From the NCBI GenBank assembly GCA_040397175.1, contig JBBAWM010000003.1, positions 147,599 to 211,598 of the forward strand: a stretch of 64,000 nt of DNA. Direction: 5' to 3'. The notes beneath the pieces were generated by a model. It saw only the letters and a list, made by a program, of their open reading frames with translations. It was not told the DNA's origin and did no database searches. Of this stretch, positions 25,545 to 34,958 are shown one piece after another. This stretch comes from Candidatus Limnocylindrus sp. (lineage in GTDB: Bacteria > Chloroflexota > Limnocylindria > Limnocylindrales > Limnocylindraceae). Position 1 is the first letter of the stretch. Every line of letters begins with the position of its first letter. Made by a program: the position numbers and the translations under genes.

Positions 25545-28500
25545 CGCACCAACGACGAGCGTCGCGCTACTGACGAGCGCGGTTTCGCCGGGCTTCTCGA
25601 GCGTGACTCCAAATTGGAATGGCCATGTCCATGTTGGCAATACGCCCTGATACCAATTGTGTATGCCGGTAGGGAGTGGCAGCGCCGACCAATTCGGATA
25701 CCAGATGAGTGCGATAGTGGCGATGCTACCGAGTGCGACGGCGAAGATGCGACGTGGGTCACGTGCGCTGAGGATGGACCATGCCGCCACCGTTGCAGGC
25801 ACGAGCGCAATCGCGCCGATGAGTGGGCCCGGTGTGCCAAATCCTCCAGAGAGACAGACCTGACTCTCGGGATACACGCTGGCGACACCTGCGAGTGCGC
25901 AGAGTGCACCTGTTCCCATCCAGAGCACCGGCGCAGCGAGGACCGCGCAAGCCCCACCAACCCTCACGATGTGCGCAGCGCGCGGCGATCCTGCACGTAG
26001 ATCGGCCAACAGAAGGGCGAGCCCTATCAGTGCAATCTGTGATGTTGGGTAGTAGTGATATTGGAATGCGGCACGATCGATACGCGCCCACGGTAGCCAA
26101 AGGGCAAGTCCGAGCACGAGGACCGAGGTGAGGCCCCAGCTTCTTCGGCGCCACGCTTCTGCTGCAAGCCAGAGCGCGCCGCCAATGCTGAGGATGCGCG
26201 AGAGCACGTTCCCGCCGTCATACACCGCGGCGGTCCAGGAGCCGCCACCGGCGGCAAAACTCGATTGGAAGAACCAGACCGGCTTTAAGTCGAGTGGCCA
26301 CGCCCACCAGGGTGAGCTGGCGGCATGCGCAACGCGAAGGGTGTCGTGATAGCGATACATCGACGACGTGAGGTCGGCGAGCGTCTGCCCCGCGTTGCCG
26401 ATCGGCCACCCCGCAACGATCTGGTTGCCGAGCGCGGCCCACGGCAGGTAGCTCGCGATATAGATACCAACAGGGAGAGCCGCGAGCGTAAAGAAGACGA
26501 GTGTTGCCTCACCTGGAAGGGAGAGGAGGGCGAGAAGCGAGCGTGGCGTTGCATCGCGTCGCGAGATGCCGCCGGCGCGAACGGTGGCGGCTCCCGTCGC
26601 CGCGAGGAGGACCACCATGACAGCGAAAAACGGCAGGTTTGGGATACGTGTGGAGCCGTCGACGACCGCGAGTGCCGGCGGAATTAAGGCGCCACCGAGC
26701 AGGGCGAGCCCACCCACAACCAAGAGTCGCCCGGGCGCCGTCCGCGCGAGCCACATGATTCCGAGACCGAAAATGCCGTAGAGGGCCACCCACTTGCTCG
26801 CAAGGGCACCGCCGAGCAGAAGTCCAGCGCCGATGAGAAGGAGCCCCCCAAGAAGGGCGCCGCGCACGCGGCCCTGGAGCCACGCCACGAAGGCGACCGC
26901 GCCGCCGAGTAAGAGGGCAAGAAGGTACACATCGTTCATGCCGATACGGCTCTGCACGAACCCCGCACCATCCAGGAGGGCGAGCACGCCGACCAAGGCA
27001 GCGACGTCGCGGCGCTCAGTGAGGAGTCGCGCCAAGAGAACCAAGAGGGCTGCGGCGAGCGCGCCAGCGATCACCCCTGGCCAGCGCCAGCCGGCCGCAA
27101 GGTCACCAACGTTCACCTGCGCCATTGCGCCCGATGGCGCGGCGAGTAGCAGCTCTCCGCTGCCACCATCTGCGCGTTCGCCAGAACCATCAAGTGCCGC
27201 ACCGCTCGAACCGAGTGTCAGCGCATCGATTCCCACCGCGACATCAGCAAAACGCGCGTTGCCGTTGGGCTCTATGGTCCACAGCGATGCGCCGGCATCG
27301 TTCGGTCCAGGTGCCACCACGTGCACCATGCGGCTCGCGTCGCTCGGCACGATCGCCGTGGCACCCGGAATGGTGATCTGCGAAAGCAGGGTCGTGCTCT
27401 CGCCCCCAGCGACATAGACAAGCACCGCGTCACGCCCCGCAACATAGAGGCGAGGCGCGTCGAACCAGCTAACAGCGACAACAGCGCCTGCTCCTCCGTC
27501 AATCGACAGGAGTTGCGGGCGAGACAAGTCGTGCGCCGCATAGCTCGTGAGGCCAGCGCTACTCGTGACGAACAACACCTCGTCACCCTTTACCGTCACT
27601 GCAACAGCAGTTGAGCCACCGGTAAGCGGCGCGCTTGAGAGCAGAACCCCGTCACGAAGGATCTCAACTCGATCACGTCGAACGAGTGCGACACGATCGT
27701 CAGCCAGCGGCGCAATGCCGTACACCGCACCTCCTGTGGACGCCCAGGTGCGTAGGCCAATCGCACCGCCCGCTGTTGCCGTTTCTGGGTCAACTGAAAA
27801 GATCGTGCCGTCTCCCGTCGCCCCCCAAAGAGCACCGTCGTGCGCTGCAACAAGGTGCAAGACGTCGCGCACTGGGAGCGCGCCGACCACCGCTCGACTT
27901 GACGCATCAATCACGCTGATCTCGTTGGGACCCGCAATCCATATCCGCCCTGGGTAGCGCGCACCTTCGGGCCGTGCGGCGATTGCGCCAATACTCGTTG
28001 GGTATGTCGTGTGCGCATCGACGCGCGGGGCGCCGAACACTTCAATTCCAAGGGCGATGAGGTACTTCGCGAGATGTGGATGTGTGTATTCGTAGATCGC
28101 ATGCGGTTCGCCGTACTTCCAATCTTGCATGAACTCTGTTGCGGTACGCACGTGATACACCTCATCAAACTGGAAGTGTGTCGGTTCACCAACACGCCAT
28201 CCACGGAGCGAGAGTGCGCTAATGGTCACGAGAACCAATAGCCAGAGGTCTATCCGCGTTAGTGCTCGGCGGGGTTCGGGCTTCGCTGCAACAACCCGTC
28301 TCGGCACGGCGTCCACTCGTTTGCGTTGCGGTGCGGCTGTTCGCTGGCGCCCGCTTCGCGATTCGGACGTGTGTGCCAGCCATACGGCACCAACCAGCGT
28401 TGCAGTGATCGCAGCGGCAACGAGCGTCACGGCGACTGGTGTGTGCAGCGCATCGGTAATGGCGCCGAGGTTTGGAAGACCCTCGTTCTGAAAGTAGGCG

Positions 28501-29639
28501 ATGGTGAGTACACCCCAACTATTGGCTAGGAAGGCGAGAGAGGTTGCGAGCGCAATCCAGCGCCAGGCGGGTCGAGCTGCGGCCAGCGCGATCGTGAGAG
28601 GAATTGCGGGGAAGAGATATCGCTCGTGCACGCGCGTCGGGAGGACAAAGAATGCAATGGCGAGGATTGCGGCCGCGGTCACGGTTCGAAGCGCGGTGTC
28701 GCGTCGCACGTATCGCATGGCAGCAAGGACGGCGGCGGCGATTGCGGCGGTGCCGATTGCCACACCGGGGATGCCGATCAGCGGGAGCGGGTCGACGTCG
28801 GATGCCCACCCAGTTGCATCAGCGACTGCTCGTCCTCCGACCGCGACGAGTGCCCACGGGTTCCACGCATTCACCGAGAGGTACGGATAGCCGCCGGCCG
28901 CCTCAGCGATCTTGGTTAATACGTCGGGGAGCGTGAGTCCAAACGGTAGAGCGGCGATGGCGATGGTGGCTGCACCAGCGAGACCCGCGACAACGAAGGC
29001 CCATGGTTCGCGCGCCGATCGCGCCCGCACGAAGGCGACGACGCCAATGATCGGAATCAAGATGCCGAACTGCGGCTTCAGCACCGCAGCGAGGGCGGCG
29101 AGGATCGCACCCTGAACGGTCTTACCCCTGATGAGTGCTGAGAGCGCAAAGAGGATGGTGACCGTTCCAACGGCGTCAACTTGCCCCCACACGGCCGAGT
29201 CGAGCCAAACCATCGGTCCGATCGCCATCACAACCGCGGCGACGAGCTGGCTTCGGCGCGATGCGCCCAAATCGGCGGCGAGCCGGACGGTTGCAAGCAC
29301 GAGCAGCCCATCCGCAAGGATTGCTGGAAGCTTGATTAGTGCCCCTGGGTCAGTGCTACCGGTCACGAGTGCGCTCAGCGAACCGAGCGCCCAGAGGATC
29401 CATAAGTAACCGGGGAGATAGTCCACATAGATTCCCCGCGTGTAGAAGCCCCACGGCCCTCGGCTCGCTAATTCAGAGGCCCACGCTCGGAATGAGTGTA
29501 GGTCTGCGCTAAATCCTGCCTCTGGGGGGAGTGCCGCGTATGCGATGATCAGCCGCAAGAGAACGCCGAGCGCAGCGATCAGCGCAATTGTGCGGAGGTT
29601 GACCGGTTCGGCTGATCGACGGGTCGTCTGAGAGGTCAT
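25455..29639 (-). CDS. Giant polytopic GT-C glycosyltransferase: two tandem PMT/ArnT-like (GT39/GT83-type) modules with a ~300-aa beta-propeller-like soluble insertion
   Basis: 1394 aa. N-terminal module (aa 1-470) has an ArnT/PMT_2-like loop-1 region (SADLHSFRAWAS...YVDYLPGYLWILW...KPQFGILIP) and many TM helices. The second module begins with a canonical PMT motif (FDEVYHVRTATEF...EPHAIYEYTHPHLAKYLIALG), then a soluble repeat-rich region (aa ~560-850), then more than 12 further TM helices to the C-terminus. Confidence 0.75.
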   Translation of the reverse strand: MTSQTTRRSAEPVNLRTIALIAALGVLLRLIIAYAALPPEAGFSADLHSFRAWASELASRGPWGFYTRGIYVDYLPGYLWILWALGSLSALVTGSTDPGALIKLPAILADGLLVLATVRLAADLGASRRSQLVAAVVMAIGPMVWLDSAVWGQVDAVGTVTILFALSALIRGKTVQGAILAALAAVLKPQFGILIPIIGVVAFVRARSAREPWAFVVAGLAGAATIAIAALPFGLTLPDVLTKIAEAAGGYPYLSVNAWNPWALVAVGGRAVADATGWASDVDPLPLIGIPGVAIGTAAIAAAVLAAMRYVRRDTALRTVTAAAILAIAFFVLPTRVHERYLFPAIPLTIALAAARPAWRWIALATSLAFLANSWGVLTIAYFQNEGLPNLGAITDALHTPVAVTLVAAAITATLVGAVWLAHTSESRSGRQRTAAPQRKRVDAVPRRVVAAKPEPRRALTRIDLWLLVLVTISALSLRGWRVGEPTHFQFDEVYHVRTATEFMQDWKYGEPHAIYEYTHPHLAKYLIALGIEVFGAPRVDAHTTYPTSIGAIAARPEGARYPGRIWIAGPNEISVIDASSRAVVGALPVRDVLHLVAAHDGALWGATGDGTIFSVDPETATAGGAIGLRTWASTGGAVYGIAPLADDRVALVRRDRVEILRDGVLLSSAPLTGGSTAVAVTVKGDEVLFVTSSAGLTSYAAHDLSRPQLLSIDGGAGAVVAVSWFDAPRLYVAGRDAVLVYVAGGESTTLLSQITIPGATAIVPSDASRMVHVVAPGPNDAGASLWTIEPNGNARFADVAVGIDALTLGSSGAALDGSGERADGGSGELLLAAPSGAMAQVNVGDLAAGWRWPGVIAGALAAALLVLLARLLTERRDVAALVGVLALLDGAGFVQSRIGMNDVYLLALLLGGAVAFVAWLQGRVRGALLGGLLLIGAGLLLGGALASKWVALYGIFGLGIMWLARTAPGRLLVVGGLALLGGALIPPALAVVDGSTRIPNLPFFAVMVVLLAATGAATVRAGGISRRDATPRSLLALLSLPGEATLVFFTLAALPVGIYIASYLPWAALGNQIVAGWPIGNAGQTLADLTSSMYRYHDTLRVAHAASSPWWAWPLDLKPVWFFQSSFAAGGGSWTAAVYDGGNVLSRILSIGGALWLAAEAWRRRSWGLTSVLVLGLALWLPWARIDRAAFQYHYYPTSQIALIGLALLLADLRAGSPRAAHIVRVGGACAVLAAPVLWMGTGALCALAGVASVYPESQVCLSGGFGTPGPLIGAIALVPATVAAWSILSARDPRRIFAVALGSIATIALIWYPNWSALPLPTGIHNWYQGVLPTWTWPFQFGVTLEKPGETALVSSATLVVGALLLLAAAAGAYGASRLGKVVRSKFDEDRA

Positions 29640-29673
29640 CTGCCGAGTGTAGCCGTGAAGGGGGTTGCGGAAG

Positions 29674-30423
29674 GTGCCACTGCCAGAGCTCTCCCTCTTC
29701 TTCCCGTGTCATAACGAGGCCGATAACCTTGATGCACTGGTTGCCGATGCACTTGTCGCACTACCTGCCCTCGCAACTACCTATGAGGTCATTCTTGTCG
29801 ACGATGGCTCGCACGACGATACAGCCCGCGTGGCCGGTCGCCTCGTAGAGCGACATGGCAGGCTCGTTCGTTTGATACGCCATGAGGTCAATCGCGGATA
29901 CGGCGGCGCGCTGCGCTCGGGCTTTGCGGCGGCACGGTACGCCAATCTCGCCTATACCGATGGGGACCGTCAGTTCCGTGTGGCTGATCTTGCACGACTC
30001 GTCGAGTGCGCCGAGGCTACCGACTCACCCGTAGTGATCGGGTATCGACTGCAGCGCGCCGATCCGCCACTGCGCCTCATCTATGCCACGTTCTACCGTA
30101 TTGCGAATCGTATCTGGTTCGGACTGCGCGTCCGCGACGTTGACTGCGCCGCGAAGCTCTTTCGTCGTGATGCGCTGCAGGGAATCAGCGTCCACTCTGA
30201 CGGAGCATTTTTCTCTGCAGAGCTTCTCATTCGCCTGCGCGTTGCTGGAGTAACGATCGACGAGGTTGGTGTGCCGCATTATCCGCGTACCGCCGGATCG
30301 CCAACCGGTGCGCGTCTCTCGGTGATCGCGCGAGCGATTCGCGACTTCTGGTCGCTGCGGATTGGCCTTTGGGTGAACCGTGCTCAAACGCTTTCGCGGG
30401 GTCGCGCCCTGTTGGGCGATTAG
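29674..30423 (+). CDS. GT2 family glycosyltransferase, polyprenyl-phosphate mannose (PPM/DPM1-like) synthase candidate
   Basis: DPM1/Ppm1-like pattern (LSLFFPCHNEADNL; EVILVDDGSHDDT; NRGYGGALRSGF; YTDGDRQF; DVDCAAKLFRR). Divergent from the giant GT-C gene. I favour the GTG start at 29674 (GAAGGGGG 10 nt upstream); the ORF track lists TTG at 29665. Confidence 0.7.
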   Translation: MPLPELSLFFPCHNEADNLDALVADALVALPALATTYEVILVDDGSHDDTARVAGRLVERHGRLVRLIRHEVNRGYGGALRSGFAAARYANLAYTDGDRQFRVADLARLVECAEATDSPVVIGYRLQRADPPLRLIYATFYRIANRIWFGLRVRDVDCAAKLFRRDALQGISVHSDGAFFSAELLIRLRVAGVTIDEVGVPHYPRTAGSPTGARLSVIARAIRDFWSLRIGLWVNRAQTLSRGRALLGD

Positions 30424-30425
30424 CG

Positions 30426-30914
30426 CTATTGCGCCGTCGGTGGCTCCTCGCCGTCAAGTGAGTTGACAAAGTCGCGGAAGAGCGAGAGGCGCTCCTCTTC
30501 GGCGGCTTCCGGAACGATCCCCTCTGCCGAGAGCAGCTCTGCTGCGATGAAGATTGGCGCCTCGGCGCGCAGCGCCAGTGCAACTGCGTCGCTCGGTCGC
30601 GCATCGAGCTCAGCCTCTTCGCCACTTGGGGCAACCATCATCATTCGCGCGCGGAACGTCTCTTCGCGAACCTCGGTGATACGCACCTCGCGCAGCGTTG
30701 CCCCGAGCGCGCGGATTGCGCGAAGCGCTGTGTCGTGAGTGAGTGGGCGTTCTGGCGTAATGCCTTGCAGGTGGTAGGAGATGGCGCTCGCCTCGTTGGG
30801 CCCAATCGGAATGGGAAGGTAGCGCGCCTCTTCAGCGTCACGAAGTAGCAACACATGCGTTCCAGAGATCATCTGGATCCGCACCCCTTCCACCACCGCG
30901 CGTCGTAGTTCCAT
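30426..30914 (-). CDS. Bifunctional nuclease (BFN) domain protein, DUF151 family
   Basis: LPIPIGPNEASAI...PLTHDTALRAI...DARPSDAVALALR match the DUF151/BFN family. Confidence 0.7.
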   Translation of the reverse strand: MELRRAVVEGVRIQMISGTHVLLLRDAEEARYLPIPIGPNEASAISYHLQGITPERPLTHDTALRAIRALGATLREVRITEVREETFRARMMMVAPSGEEAELDARPSDAVALALRAEAPIFIAAELLSAEGIVPEAAEEERLSLFRDFVNSLDGEEPPTAQ

Positions 30915-30932
30915 CGCCCTATGATCGCACGC

Positions 30933-33419
30933 TTACGGTGTGGGAATCGGCGTCTCAATGATCGGATCAGGGGTTGGCCCAACGCTCGCGCCAGGCTCCT
31001 GTGTCACTGGCACGCCGAGTACGGCGCTGCGAACGCGTCCCGCTTCCGCCCAGATAAACGTCGGCGCGCCGCCGTCGGCGGCGGGGAGGATGTATCCGCC
31101 AAGGATCTCGCCGACGGGATCAGCCCCATCGCCAATGACGTACTGCGCGAGCATCGCGCCAGACGTCGCCTTGGTGTACGCGATCACTCGATGGGCGCTG
31201 CTGTCCCAGACATAGATGACCCCCGTTCGGCTCGCCCCTGCGGACATCACCAGCGTTGGGGTTAGGAGGGGGCGGAGAAGCTCGTCACCGATATCGGCTG
31301 GGGCCCAATCGTCTGGCGCCCCGCCGGAGTAGCGGCGCAGGGTGCCGGCGCTCGTCATGTACACATCGCCGTCGATGGCGATGCTGGTCATGGTGCCCAG
31401 TGACATCGGGTTGATTAGATACGCCGTTGGAGTCGCGGGGTAGCCCGTTCCGTCAGGGGCCGGCTGGTATCGCAAAATCTGCCGAGCAGATGGGTCGACC
31501 ACATAGAGCCGATAGAGCCCGGTCCCTGGATCTGCCGCGAATCCGACGATCGCCCTCACGTCGCTCCCCCAGAGTTCGCCGTCGCGAACCCGGAGCTTCA
31601 CCAACGTCCCCTTACCAGCCTTGTCGGAGGGGCGCCAGCGCCAAAGGTTCGACGAGGCGTCAAACACCACAAGGTCGGGCCCTGCGGCGGTCAGCAGGAG
31701 TGCGCGCCCGGTGCGCGTGCCGTAGAGATCAAATCCTGGCTGATACACCACGGTTGCTCGACCGAGACCAGCATCAATCCGATACACCGCGCCTGTCACC
31801 TTGTCGATGACATACGGCAGACCGTCTGGCCCCTGAACCAGCGCCTGGATCTCAACACTTGCGCCCGCCGCTTGGAAGTCGAAGAGTGTGATTGGGGTGG
31901 TGACGCTGACAAGGAAGATCTTATTCAGTGTCTCTGTTGCCTCTGCGCGGAGCGACGTGATCTGGGCGATCGACCCGCCACCGGCCTCTGCAAGGTTGAG
32001 GTTTGCGACGGCGGCTAGTAGGAGGCTCTTCACCCGTGATGGATCGTTGACGAGAAGGTTGGTTTGGGGGTCGAGCGCCTCGGTAATGCTGATCTCTGCG
32101 CTTCGTAACGCCTCGCGTGCCTTCGCCACAGCGTCCAACTCTGGCGCAGTCCCGTTTAGCACCAGCGCTGTTGCGCCACCAACGCCCGCAATAAGGACCG
32201 CAGCCAAGAGGAGTGCCGCCGAGCGGCGTCGGCGCAGACGTTGTACCTCGTGTTCCGCCTGTTCGTCGCCGCCCTTCGCTGCGCGAAGCGTTGGTTCGGC
32301 TGGGGTGATGGTTAACCAGGGTGCACGGCGTTCAATCTCATTGGCGACGCGCGCAACAACCCGCTGCAACAACGATGTTGAGGTTGCTGCGCGTTCACGC
32401 CACGACCGCTCTACCAGTGGCTCGGCCACACTGCGGTGTTCTGCTCGCAGTCGCGCCTCCGCGCGCGCAGTCTCTTGTGCGGCTCGCACCGCATCGCTCG
32501 TGCGCTGATCGCGCGCGAGTGGCGGCTGGCTCTTCCCTCGCGCGCGCGCCTCCGCTCCACTTCGCGCGCTTGGGCGACGTGCGTCGATAACCGCTTGTGC
32601 CGCTGTGTCGATCGGTTCGTATGGTGGCGTGTGTGCATCCGGTCGGTTCGGGTCGGCTTTCGGCGCAACTGGTTTTGCAGCAGAGATCCTCGCCTCGCGC
32701 TCAAGGTTCCCCTCTTCCCAGCGTGCGCGCGCGTTGACCTTTGCCGCTGCAACCGGGTCAACAGGAACGTTGAAGAGCGTCTCCGCCTCGGGCATTGCTC
32801 GCGAAAGCGTGGTTCGCACTGGCAGGAGCACCTCGAGGAGCACCGCCGGATAGGCGAGTGGCGCGAACGAACCGCTCGCAGGCGTGTGCGTTTTTACTGC
32901 AAGCTTCGCCTCTTCTGGCGTAGCTGCCAACGCAACACGGTCGCCCGGCCCCATCGCGAGTCGCGTCGTGGAAATGCCACCGCGCTCGAGCGTGCGTGAG
33001 GCCGCACCAGGTGCTTCGTCGGGCAACATGATTGTTGTTATGCGGCCATCTGTTGTTCGACGCGCAGCAACCGCCACGCCGCTCGTGCGCGCAACGAGTA
33101 CCTCGCTGCGCGAGAGCGCGACGAGCCCAACCGCAACACTCTCACCAAGCCGTTTTTGTGCCGCGCTGAGCGCGCGGCGCGCCCGCTCGGCGGGACTCGC
33201 TGAGGCATCGTTGTCAAAGAGGTCCAACGTTTCGGTTGCGGCTCTCTGGAGCTGTTCCGCCGTAGCGCCAGTGAGGCGGATGAGTGCGGCGCGTGTGCCG
33301 AGCATGCGCTCTTCAGACGGCCCCTTCGGTGTGCGCGCGAGTAGAAGCCAGCCCGCGCCAAACGCCGGTTCGGCCGCTGTGAGTACCGCGGGGTGAATGG
33401 TTTGCTCTGCGTGGTCCAT
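30933..33419 (-). CDS. Large membrane-anchored protein: N-terminal PP2C-like (probably degenerate) domain, Arg/Ala-rich linker, single TM, C-terminal beta-propeller-like domain
   Basis: 828 aa. The N-terminal ~190 aa show a PP2C-like pattern (GLVALSRSEVLVARTSGVAVAARRTTDG...MGPGDRVALAT) without clear metal-binding Asp residues. One hydrophobic helix (SAALLLAAVLIAGVGGATALVL). The C-terminal ~420 aa are repeat-like beta-strand-rich sequence. Confidence 0.55.
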   Translation of the reverse strand: MDHAEQTIHPAVLTAAEPAFGAGWLLLARTPKGPSEERMLGTRAALIRLTGATAEQLQRAATETLDLFDNDASASPAERARRALSAAQKRLGESVAVGLVALSRSEVLVARTSGVAVAARRTTDGRITTIMLPDEAPGAASRTLERGGISTTRLAMGPGDRVALAATPEEAKLAVKTHTPASGSFAPLAYPAVLLEVLLPVRTTLSRAMPEAETLFNVPVDPVAAAKVNARARWEEGNLEREARISAAKPVAPKADPNRPDAHTPPYEPIDTAAQAVIDARRPSARSGAEARARGKSQPPLARDQRTSDAVRAAQETARAEARLRAEHRSVAEPLVERSWRERAATSTSLLQRVVARVANEIERRAPWLTITPAEPTLRAAKGGDEQAEHEVQRLRRRRSAALLLAAVLIAGVGGATALVLNGTAPELDAVAKAREALRSAEISITEALDPQTNLLVNDPSRVKSLLLAAVANLNLAEAGGGSIAQITSLRAEATETLNKIFLVSVTTPITLFDFQAAGASVEIQALVQGPDGLPYVIDKVTGAVYRIDAGLGRATVVYQPGFDLYGTRTGRALLLTAAGPDLVVFDASSNLWRWRPSDKAGKGTLVKLRVRDGELWGSDVRAIVGFAADPGTGLYRLYVVDPSARQILRYQPAPDGTGYPATPTAYLINPMSLGTMTSIAIDGDVYMTSAGTLRRYSGGAPDDWAPADIGDELLRPLLTPTLVMSAGASRTGVIYVWDSSAHRVIAYTKATSGAMLAQYVIGDGADPVGEILGGYILPAADGGAPTFIWAEAGRVRSAVLGVPVTQEPGASVGPTPDPIIETPIPTP

Positions 33420-33434
33420 ATGGTGAGAATACGC

Positions 33435-33776
33435 TCAGTCTTGTTCGCCGCTTGGGGGCGCAATTCGTACTGTGAGGCCGAGTGAACGTTCGCCGCCTGG
33501 CCGCTCACTAAAGGCCCGCGCAAGTTCTGCGCCGCGAAGGTGCAGCTCCTGTGCCGCTACCGGGTTCTGCGCTTCAACAATGAGCCGGCCGCGCTCGATG
33601 GCAACGAGGTGGGTGTCGGGGGCGAGGTGGGGGGCCACTTCACGAAGGAGATCGCTGAAGGCGCCCATGGTGCGGGCAAATCGCAGCTCCTCTTCGAAGC
33701 CGAGGGCGCGTGCCGCTTCAGGGAGCAGCCCTGCCAGCCCCTCTGGCCGCCCCTTCCGCGTGCGCTTGGTGCTCAC
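33435..33776 (-). CDS. DUF721 family protein (DciA-like, candidate replicative helicase loader/operator)
   Basis: 113-aa basic protein immediately downstream of recF, the conserved position of DUF721/DciA in many bacteria; 4-nt overlap with the recF stop. Confidence 0.6.
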   Translation of the reverse strand: MSTKRTRKGRPEGLAGLLPEAARALGFEEELRFARTMGAFSDLLREVAPHLAPDTHLVAIERGRLIVEAQNPVAAQELHLRGAELARAFSERPGGERSLGLTVRIAPPSGEQD

Positions 33777-34927
33777 GCGGCCACCGCGCTGCCGTGTGGG
33801 CTGCGCCGAATCTCGCGTGGCTGCGCGCGCGCGACGAGCCCAGGAGCCAGGTCATCGAGTGCGGTCGCCGTAATGATGCTCTGCGGGAGCGCGGCGATGC
33901 GCGCCACGAGGTGCTCACGGCGTTGCGGGTCGAGCTCAGAGAATGCGTCGTCGAGAAGGAGTACCGGTGGGTGGCCATGCTCATCGGTGAGGAGCGTGAT
34001 CTCGGCGAAGAGCAGTGCGAGGAGGAGGCTGCGCTGTTGTCCGCGCGACGCCGTTGGGGCGATGTCGCTCCCTCCGACATAGAAGGCGATGTCGTCGCGG
34101 TGCGGGCCAACGAGTGTGTATCCCTGATACCCCTCTGCCTCCGCGGTTTGGTCAAACGATTGCGCCAGCCGCGTGGCGCACTCGCCCGCGGACTCATCCG
34201 GGCGGTACTCCTCACGCGAACGATAGTGGGTCTCGAGGGCGGCCTCGCTCGGCGCGACTTCACTGTGGGTTGCTGAAAGCACCGGGGCGAGTGCGGCGAG
34301 AAGGGCGAGGCGGCCAGCGACCACCTCTGACCCGGTCGTGATGAGCATCTCGGTCCATGGGCGCATCTCGCTCGCGATGGCGCGCCGCGCAGCGCCGTCG
34401 ACCTCGAGCGCATCTTTCAACAGCCGGTTGCGTTGGCGAAGCGCGCGCTCGTAGCGTGTCAGCGTAGCCTCGTACCCGCGCTGCCACTGCGATGCAACGC
34501 GGTCGAGCAGTCCGCGGCGCACGGCTGGCGCACCAACAACGAGGCCAGTCTCCTCGGGGACGAACGCAGCGACTCGCAGCCGTTGACCGAGCGCCGCGGT
34601 GGTGCGTGGAGTTCCGTTCAGGAGATGCTTCGCACGCCCCGCGCGCGAGATCTCAACACCAAGTGTTGACCGCGCAAGTGTGTCGGCCGGGTCGGCACCG
34701 TCATCGCGTACCGTCACCGTGATCGATGCCTCGTCGCCATCACCTGCGATTACTTCGCGCAGCGCACCCGCCCGGTGTGAACGGCCAGTCGCCGCAATGA
34801 TGCACGCCTCGAGGATGGTGGTCTTCCCTGCGCCGTTCTCGCCCCAGAAGATGTGTGTTCCTGGCGCCAGCGCGACGCTCCCGTCGGCCCAGCTTCGAAC
34901 CTGGTGGAGTCGAACACTCTCAATCAT
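33773..34927 (-). CDS. recF: DNA replication and repair protein RecF
   Basis: Walker A (GENGAGKTTILEA), ABC signature region and Walker B (LLLDDAFSELD). Confidence 0.9.
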   Translation of the reverse strand: MIESVRLHQVRSWADGSVALAPGTHIFWGENGAGKTTILEACIIAATGRSHRAGALREVIAGDGDEASITVTVRDDGADPADTLARSTLGVEISRAGRAKHLLNGTPRTTAALGQRLRVAAFVPEETGLVVGAPAVRRGLLDRVASQWQRGYEATLTRYERALRQRNRLLKDALEVDGAARRAIASEMRPWTEMLITTGSEVVAGRLALLAALAPVLSATHSEVAPSEAALETHYRSREEYRPDESAGECATRLAQSFDQTAEAEGYQGYTLVGPHRDDIAFYVGGSDIAPTASRGQQRSLLLALLFAEITLLTDEHGHPPVLLLDDAFSELDPQRREHLVARIAALPQSIITATALDDLAPGLVARAQPREIRRSPHGSAVAA

Positions 34928-34958
34928 TGCGGCGCCGCGCGTTCGCGAGCGGTGCGGA

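Noticed and set aside
33718-34413. 231-aa minus-strand ORF
   Set aside because: Alternative frame of the same strand inside recF; recF frame has the Walker and signature motifs, this frame has none.
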